Source: Vicinamibacteria bacterium (GTDB lineage: Bacteria; Acidobacteriota; Vicinamibacteria; Marinacidobacterales; Marinacidobacteraceae). From it: a stretch of 64,000 nt of DNA. Positions 58,821 through 64,000 of the stretch are shown here, one piece after another. Under the pieces are notes generated by a model, which saw only the letters and a list, made by a program, of their open reading frames with translations, made no database searches and was not told where the DNA came from. The position numbers and the translations under genes are program-made. The stretch lies in NCBI GenBank assembly GCA_964291235.2, contig OZ219816.1:1120001-1184000 (forward strand), written 5' to 3'. Within the stretch, counting starts at the first letter, position 1, and every line of letters starts with the position of its first letter.

Positions 58821-61800
58821 ATGAACGACACGAAGGGACGAAGAAACTGTTGGCCGCGGGCGAGCCTGGGGGTGGCTCTGTTCCTCGGAACGGTCTTCCC
58901 GGGGCTCGCCGCGCAGACTTCCAACCGGGCGACGCCGGCTTCGGAGGCGCGTGTCCTCGCCGAGCCCGAGGAGGGAGTTCGAGACCCCCTGGGGACCGTG
59001 CGCACCACGATTCGGCCGCGCGTCTGGATCCTGTTCGACACCTCGGAGTCGATGGAGGCGGAACTCGGCGACACGAGTCGCTTCGGCGCGGCCACCGAGG
59101 TTATCCGCCGGGCGGTCCGGACTCTGGAATCGGAGGCCGGCGCTCCCCTCGTCCACTGGGGACTTGCGACGTTTCTGCGATTCCGGCATTCCGGTTCGGG
59201 CAGTTCTCCGGAGGAAATCTGCGCGGATCCCACGATGGGCGCCGGTTTGCCCGACGGCTCCCCCGGCGTGGCTCCGCTGACTCCCGTCCGCTGCGGCGGC
59301 ATGATGGTGCTTGCCGATCCCCCTGGGTGCGATGCCGAAGCGGCGCGCACCGCCATCCTGGAACGACTTCCCAGCGAGGTCAACGCCGAGCGGACCCCAA
59401 ACGGGATCGCCCTCTACCAGCTCGCGTCGCAAATCGCTCAAGAGAGCACCGACGACCTCGCTCCGGGCCAGCGAAACGTCATCGTGCTCATTACCGACGG
59501 TATGGACACCTGTGAATGCAACCTTCATCCCTGGCGCGATTTCAACGTGGGTGCGGCGGGGAAAGAGAAGGAGGACGCCGTCTGGCTCAGAACGGGTTCT
59601 GCGACCCCGGCCGCGGTGCTCCATCAGGATCCTCCCCGCCGGGCGCTCAGGGCCTGGAACGCGGGACTCAAGGCCAAGGCCGCGTACCTGGCGTTGAACG
59701 GCGATGATCCGGGGGCGGGCCTCGGTGACATCCACGTTGTCGGGGTCGACCTGGCGGACGAGGAGAGCCGGGGGTACACGAACCACCTGGCGTGGATGGC
59801 GTCGGACGGGCGACACCCGGCCATTCATGCCGACCGCCCCGAGGCACTCCGGCGGGCGATCGAACAGATCCTCTCCGAGGTCACGCTGCCCGCCGGCGAG
59901 GTGAAGCTCTCCGCGCCGCGCCTGGCGACTGTCAAGGAGCTGGTGGCCAGCTCTCCGAGCTCCTCCTTTCCCGGTAGTGATCCGACGCTCGCGCAAGACG
60001 CCCTCGTAGTGCCTGCGAATGGCAAGGAGCGCGTTCGGGAGGTGCTGCAGCGGCGACGTGCATACAGGGACAACATCCTGCTCTCGACGAGCGCCCGCCT
60101 CCATGCGCACCGAGGTCGGCTGCGAGCGTTCCCCACCTCCGCCAGCGAGGCGGGGAGCGGTGGACGGCTGGCCGGAACCCCGATCTGGGACGCCGGAGAG
60201 CGACTCGCCGACCGCGATCCGGATGACCGGGTGGTCCTCTTCAACCGTCCGGGCAGCCAGGAAATGCGGGCCTTCCGGATTGGCGAAGTAACGCCGCAGG
60301 ACATTGGCGTCGGCGTGGGGTATCTGAGCGAGCTGGACGGTACCGGGGCCCGGAGCGCGGAGGATGCCGTCCGCATCGTCGTTCGGCTGGTCCGTGGTGA
60401 AGAGCTGGAGGTGCACCCCGAGACCGGGACGATCTACGGACCCGGGGGAGATCTTCATTTCACCGGCGGCCGCGGAACCTGGAAGTTGCGCGAGGGCCTG
60501 GCGTCGCCGGCCGTGGTCACCAACCCTCCTCGGCATCCGGAGCGGGTCTCCCGGGAACGGAAGAGCTACGAGCGTTTCTTCAACCGGTACGTCAATCGCC
60601 GGACCATGGTCTATCTCCCGACCAGCGGGGGCCTGATCCACGCTTTCGCCGGGGACAGCGGAGACGAGGTCTTCGCGTACATACCGGACGACCTTCTCGG
60701 CCCGTCCTCCGTTGCCGAGGAAACCCCGGAACGTTTCTTTCTCCGTGACCTCGCCGTGGCGGGAGTGCGCGGCGCCGCGGGGCTGCAGCGAGATCTCGTG
60801 AACCGCTTCGCGCTCGCCGGATCTCCGGTCGTCCGCGATGTTTTCCTGGAGCGGCCGCAGGAGTGGCGTACCGTGCTGGCCTTCGGCCGTTCCGCGGGCG
60901 GCCGTTTCGTGACCGCGCTGGATGTGTCCGAGGTGGGAGCGGGCTGGGCCGGAGAGCACCGGCCTCCGAGCCCCTCGGTGGGCGGCCCCGGCCTCCCCCG
61001 CCTGCTCTTCAACCGGGGCCACCGTCCTGGCGACCCCGGCGGCTCTCTGGACGAACTTGGCGCATCTCCCGAGCCGCTCCTGGCGGAAGTCCCGGCGAGC
61101 GGCGGAAGCGAATGGATGATGTTCCTGCCTGGCGGAACCGGGAGCCCGGCGAGCGACGCCGGGGAGTGGCTTCTGGCACTGTCGCCCGAAGACGGCGGGC
61201 TCCGCGCCCGCTACCCGCTCCCGTCCGTTCCCGCCCCGCGCATCGTGAAGAACGGCGCTCCGACTCCCGCGGCGCCCTGGCGGCCGGCGTGGGCGGTCGC
61301 GGGTGCCTCCGACCTCGTGACCCGGGTGTACCTCGCCGATCTTCACGGACAGATCCACCGCTTGCGGCTCACGGATCCGGCGGCGCGGGAGTGGGAGGTG
61401 GCCCACCGGCTCGGCGGCACGCATCCGGTTCTCGCCCCACCGGTGGTGTTTCCTTTTCCGGGGCGTACCGAGCCGCACCTGCTTGTGGTCACGGGGGGTG
61501 ATCGCCGCGTACGGGACACGCCCGCGGCAGTCGTTCTGCTCCGGGATCTGGGAACCCACCTGGAGGAACTGTGGCGCCAACCGCTCGGGGAAGGGGAAGC
61601 CCCGATCGGAAAGCCGGCGGTCGTTATGGACGCCTCCGATGTCGCGGTGGTGCTCGCCACCCATTCGATCCAGACCCGGCAGGTTTCCTGCGACGTGACC
61701 ACCTCCGGCGATGGAGTAGCCCGGCTGCGCGCTTTCAGCGGTCTGACGGGCGCGGCACTTGCCGGCGTCGTGGACGATTCCTCGGCGGTCGTATCTTTCG

Positions 61801-61988
61801 GCCCCGGACGCATTCAGGGAATCAGCCTCTCCGCCTCGGGCAACATGGCTTTCAGCGTCGGCAGCGCGGCGGGAGAGGCAATTGATGCCGTAATCGGAGA
61901 TTTCAAGTTTCGCGTTCGTGAGGGTGCTCTTGAGGACGTGACGCTCTTCGTGGAGGGATTCCGGCGTTCTCCCTTCTGGATTCGCTAG
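58821..61988 (+). CDS. PilY1-like adhesin (vWA domain plus C-terminal beta-propeller)
   Basis: Signal peptide; MIDAS-like FDTSES, TP, VLITDG; propeller motifs IWDAG, IHAF..SG.E.FAYIP, SPVVRDV, WRTVL, ALDVS, VYLADLHG. Confidence 0.85.
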   Translation: MNDTKGRRNCWPRASLGVALFLGTVFPGLAAQTSNRATPASEARVLAEPEEGVRDPLGTVRTTIRPRVWILFDTSESMEAELGDTSRFGAATEVIRRAVRTLESEAGAPLVHWGLATFLRFRHSGSGSSPEEICADPTMGAGLPDGSPGVAPLTPVRCGGMMVLADPPGCDAEAARTAILERLPSEVNAERTPNGIALYQLASQIAQESTDDLAPGQRNVIVLITDGMDTCECNLHPWRDFNVGAAGKEKEDAVWLRTGSATPAAVLHQDPPRRALRAWNAGLKAKAAYLALNGDDPGAGLGDIHVVGVDLADEESRGYTNHLAWMASDGRHPAIHADRPEALRRAIEQILSEVTLPAGEVKLSAPRLATVKELVASSPSSSFPGSDPTLAQDALVVPANGKERVREVLQRRRAYRDNILLSTSARLHAHRGRLRAFPTSASEAGSGGRLAGTPIWDAGERLADRDPDDRVVLFNRPGSQEMRAFRIGEVTPQDIGVGVGYLSELDGTGARSAEDAVRIVVRLVRGEELEVHPETGTIYGPGGDLHFTGGRGTWKLREGLASPAVVTNPPRHPERVSRERKSYERFFNRYVNRRTMVYLPTSGGLIHAFAGDSGDEVFAYIPDDLLGPSSVAEETPERFFLRDLAVAGVRGAAGLQRDLVNRFALAGSPVVRDVFLERPQEWRTVLAFGRSAGGRFVTALDVSEVGAGWAGEHRPPSPSVGGPGLPRLLFNRGHRPGDPGGSLDELGASPEPLLAEVPASGGSEWMMFLPGGTGSPASDAGEWLLALSPEDGGLRARYPLPSVPAPRIVKNGAPTPAAPWRPAWAVAGASDLVTRVYLADLHGQIHRLRLTDPAAREWEVAHRLGGTHPVLAPPVVFPFPGRTEPHLLVVTGGDRRVRDTPAAVVLLRDLGTHLEELWRQPLGEGEAPIGKPAVVMDASDVAVVLATHSIQTRQVSCDVTTSGDGVARLRAFSGLTGAALAGVVDDSSAVVSFGPGRIQGISLSASGNMAFSVGSAAGEAIDAVIGDFKFRVREGALEDVTLFVEGFRRSPFWIR

Positions 61989-62000
61989 GGAGACATCACG

Positions 62001-63470
62001 ATGGCCCACCCTGCCGCCCCGAGCACAGCAGGACGAATGTCTTGCCGGAAGCGCCTTCCTCGATCAGCGGTCGCGCAGACCACCTCCGGGGGCCGTCCCC
62101 GGCCCGGGGGCGGCGAGAGCATCTCCGGATTCACGATCACCGAAGTCGTGATCGCCCTCGGTCTCACGCTGATGGTGGCCGGGAGTTTCGGCCTCTTGTT
62201 GCGGCAAGGCCGCCTGTCGCTGGAACTACAGCCGGAACTGGCCGCCATGCGTCAGGACGGCCGGGCGATTCTTGACCGGATTGCCGCGGATCTGGGGCGT
62301 GCCGGCGCCGGGCTGCCGGTGGAAATCCCGGTGTTTGCCGATCTTGATTCCGCCGGCGACCGGAATCCCGACGGACTGGACTTCCTGACGGCCCCGGAAC
62401 GCCTGGCGGAGACGTCGTTCGAGCCGGTGGTTGCGTTCGACGGCGGGGAAGCGACCCTGGGCCATCCCGACTCTCGACTCGATCGTGGGCCTGTCCCCGC
62501 TGACGACGGATTTGTCATGGTCTTCAACGATGACGAGATGACGCCGCGCTGGGCGTTCGGACGAGTGACTTCGATTCGCGGCGGCCGGAGCGGGGGTTCG
62601 GGGCAACTGCTGGGGGCGCTGCGAGCGGCCGGCGCGCGGACTGGGACGGCTCCGCCGGAGGACGCGGCGGCGGCAGGCGCCGTGGTCAGGATCGTCCCGC
62701 TCGACGATGCCTGGCACCGGCATTTCCGCCCGAGCGTGGACGCCGATACGTTCGAGCCGGGGAGCGGGGGCGGGCTGTTGGAGCGCGGGCTGCAGAGCGT
62801 GCTGGGAGGGGCGATCGAAGCCGCGGTACCCGGTATCGGTCGAAGTGCGCTGTCGAGCCTGACCGATCAGGTGGTAAACGCCATGCTGGAGCGTCTGCTC
62901 GAGACGAGGGGCGGCTCGGTGGGGTCCGCCCCGGACGCCGAGGAAAGCGAGGGATATGGACTCTTCGGGCTCGGTCAGCCCGGGGTGGTTCCGATCCGCA
63001 GAATCCGCTATTGGGTGGAGGACGCGGCGCCGAGCGCCTCCGATGGACGGTCGGTGCTGATGCGGCGGGTTGACGAGGATCGGCCACAACCCGTTGGTTT
63101 CGTGGAAGACCTGCAGGTCCGCTACGTGATCGGGCAAAACGGCGACCGGTTCCTGGACGCACCGCCACGCTTTGTCGGAGACATGGCCTCGGCGGCCCGC
63201 CTCCGAGATCACATCGTGCGCGCGGTGGACGTGGCGGTACGCGTCCGTGCGGCCAGAAGTCGCAATGGGGCCGGCTTCTCCGGGGACGGGGCGTCGGCCG
63301 GGGACGGCGCCGGCGGTGTCCTGACCCGGACCTATCGCCGCCGGGTGGCTCTTCGGGTGGGCGCCGCGGGGGTGGAGCGCCGCGCCTGGGAGGAACTCAT
63401 GCAGATGAACTCGTTACCGACCGAGATCCCGCGGATCGGCCCGTTGCGCTATCTCCCTCTGCCGTGGTGA
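62001..63470 (+). CDS. Large minor pilin PilW-like
   Basis: G|FTITEVVIALGL; RIAADLGRAG; C-terminal IRYWV...LMRR...VEDLQVRY. Confidence 0.78.
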   Translation: MAHPAAPSTAGRMSCRKRLPRSAVAQTTSGGRPRPGGGESISGFTITEVVIALGLTLMVAGSFGLLLRQGRLSLELQPELAAMRQDGRAILDRIAADLGRAGAGLPVEIPVFADLDSAGDRNPDGLDFLTAPERLAETSFEPVVAFDGGEATLGHPDSRLDRGPVPADDGFVMVFNDDEMTPRWAFGRVTSIRGGRSGGSGQLLGALRAAGARTGTAPPEDAAAAGAVVRIVPLDDAWHRHFRPSVDADTFEPGSGGGLLERGLQSVLGGAIEAAVPGIGRSALSSLTDQVVNAMLERLLETRGGSVGSAPDAEESEGYGLFGLGQPGVVPIRRIRYWVEDAAPSASDGRSVLMRRVDEDRPQPVGFVEDLQVRYVIGQNGDRFLDAPPRFVGDMASAARLRDHIVRAVDVAVRVRAARSRNGAGFSGDGASAGDGAGGVLTRTYRRRVALRVGAAGVERRAWEELMQMNSLPTEIPRIGPLRYLPLPW

Positions 63471-64000
63471 GCGATCGGCCCCCAGGCCGCTCTCCCGCCG
63501 GGTACTTTCCGGACGGTTCGCCGCGATGTCCCGAATGGATCGCGACTGTCCCGAGCGCCAGGTGACGGTAGGAGACGCGAGTGAATCCGGCTCCGGCGAG
63601 GGTTCCGGCCAGGGCCCGGGCATCCGGAAAGCTGAGGATCGAGTCCCTCAGGTACCCATAGGGCTCCGTCCCGCACGCCGTCAGTCGCGCTAGCCCGGGC
63701 ACTGCCAGGCGAAGCCAGGCCCCGTGACCGAACCGGACCAGGCGGCCTTCGGGCCGGGAGAATTCCAGGACGATCAGTTTGCCTCCGGGCGCCAGCACGC
63801 GGTGCATCTCTGCAAGTCCCGTCTCCAGGTCCGGCAGGTTCCGAATCCCGAAACCGACGATCGCGGCATCGAACACCCCACCCGGGAAGGGCAGGCGCAG
63901 GGCGTCGCCCGCGACCCCGGGGAAACGCCCGCCGCGACGCGCGGCCTTGGTTTCCGCAATCTCGAGCATGGCGGGCGTGAGGTCACAACCTACCGGGCGT
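63397..64000 (-). CDS. UbiE/MenG family quinone-biosynthesis C-methyltransferase (partial, 5' end outside the window)
   Basis: GCDLTPAML, GDALRLPF, GFGIRN, EMHRVLAPGG.LIVLEFS, YLRDSI..FP. Confidence 0.88.
   Translation of the reverse strand, partial: RPVGCDLTPAMLEIAETKAARRGGRFPGVAGDALRLPFPGGVFDAAIVGFGIRNLPDLETGLAEMHRVLAPGGKLIVLEFSRPEGRLVRFGHGAWLRLAVPGLARLTACGTEPYGYLRDSILSFPDARALAGTLAGAGFTRVSYRHLALGTVAIHSGHRGEPSGKYPAGERPGGRSLTTAEGDSATGRSAGSRSVTSSSA

Noticed and set aside
58716-62009. 1097-aa minus-strand ORF, and other long antisense ORFs such as 26652..29300, 30074..32563 and 6852..8942
   Set aside because: Shadow ORFs opposite well-supported genes; expected at this GC content and codon bias; no recognisable motifs.

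Overview
High-GC bacterial chromosomal window, densely coding. Gene content and protein style suggest an Acidobacteriota-like organism (inference). It holds housekeeping genes (lysA, ligA, fabI, ilvE, leuA/leuC/leuD, tag, accB/accC, thiE, folD, coaE, kdsC, pyrG, partial ubiE/menG), peptidoglycan-recycling enzymes (a NagZ/serine-hydrolase fusion and a NamZ-like protein), guanidino/amide-catabolic enzymes, an AddAB-type helicase-nuclease locus next to an orphan DNA methyltransferase, and two type IVa pilus clusters (pilMNOPQ; pilT-pilC-pilA-ABC/permease/TPR-pilD-pilV-pilX-pilY1-pilW). No rRNA, tRNA, CRISPR array, transposase or prophage was seen. Most notable observations: (1) an atypical AddAB in which the AddA nuclease domain seems split off as a separate degenerate ORF and the AddB nuclease lacks its Fe-S cysteines; (2) a ~55-bp motif with identical internal spacing (DnaA-box-like TTTTCCACA plus an ECF-promoter-like GGGA..CGTCT) upstream of both pilM and pilV; (3) a family of short MITE/REP-like elements with TAGCAGCC(T/G)GTGG ends, two of which supply stop codons to genes; (4) a LigA with an in-frame N-terminal membrane hairpin and a duplicated HhH module. 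All calls come from motif recognition by eye; no searches were run.
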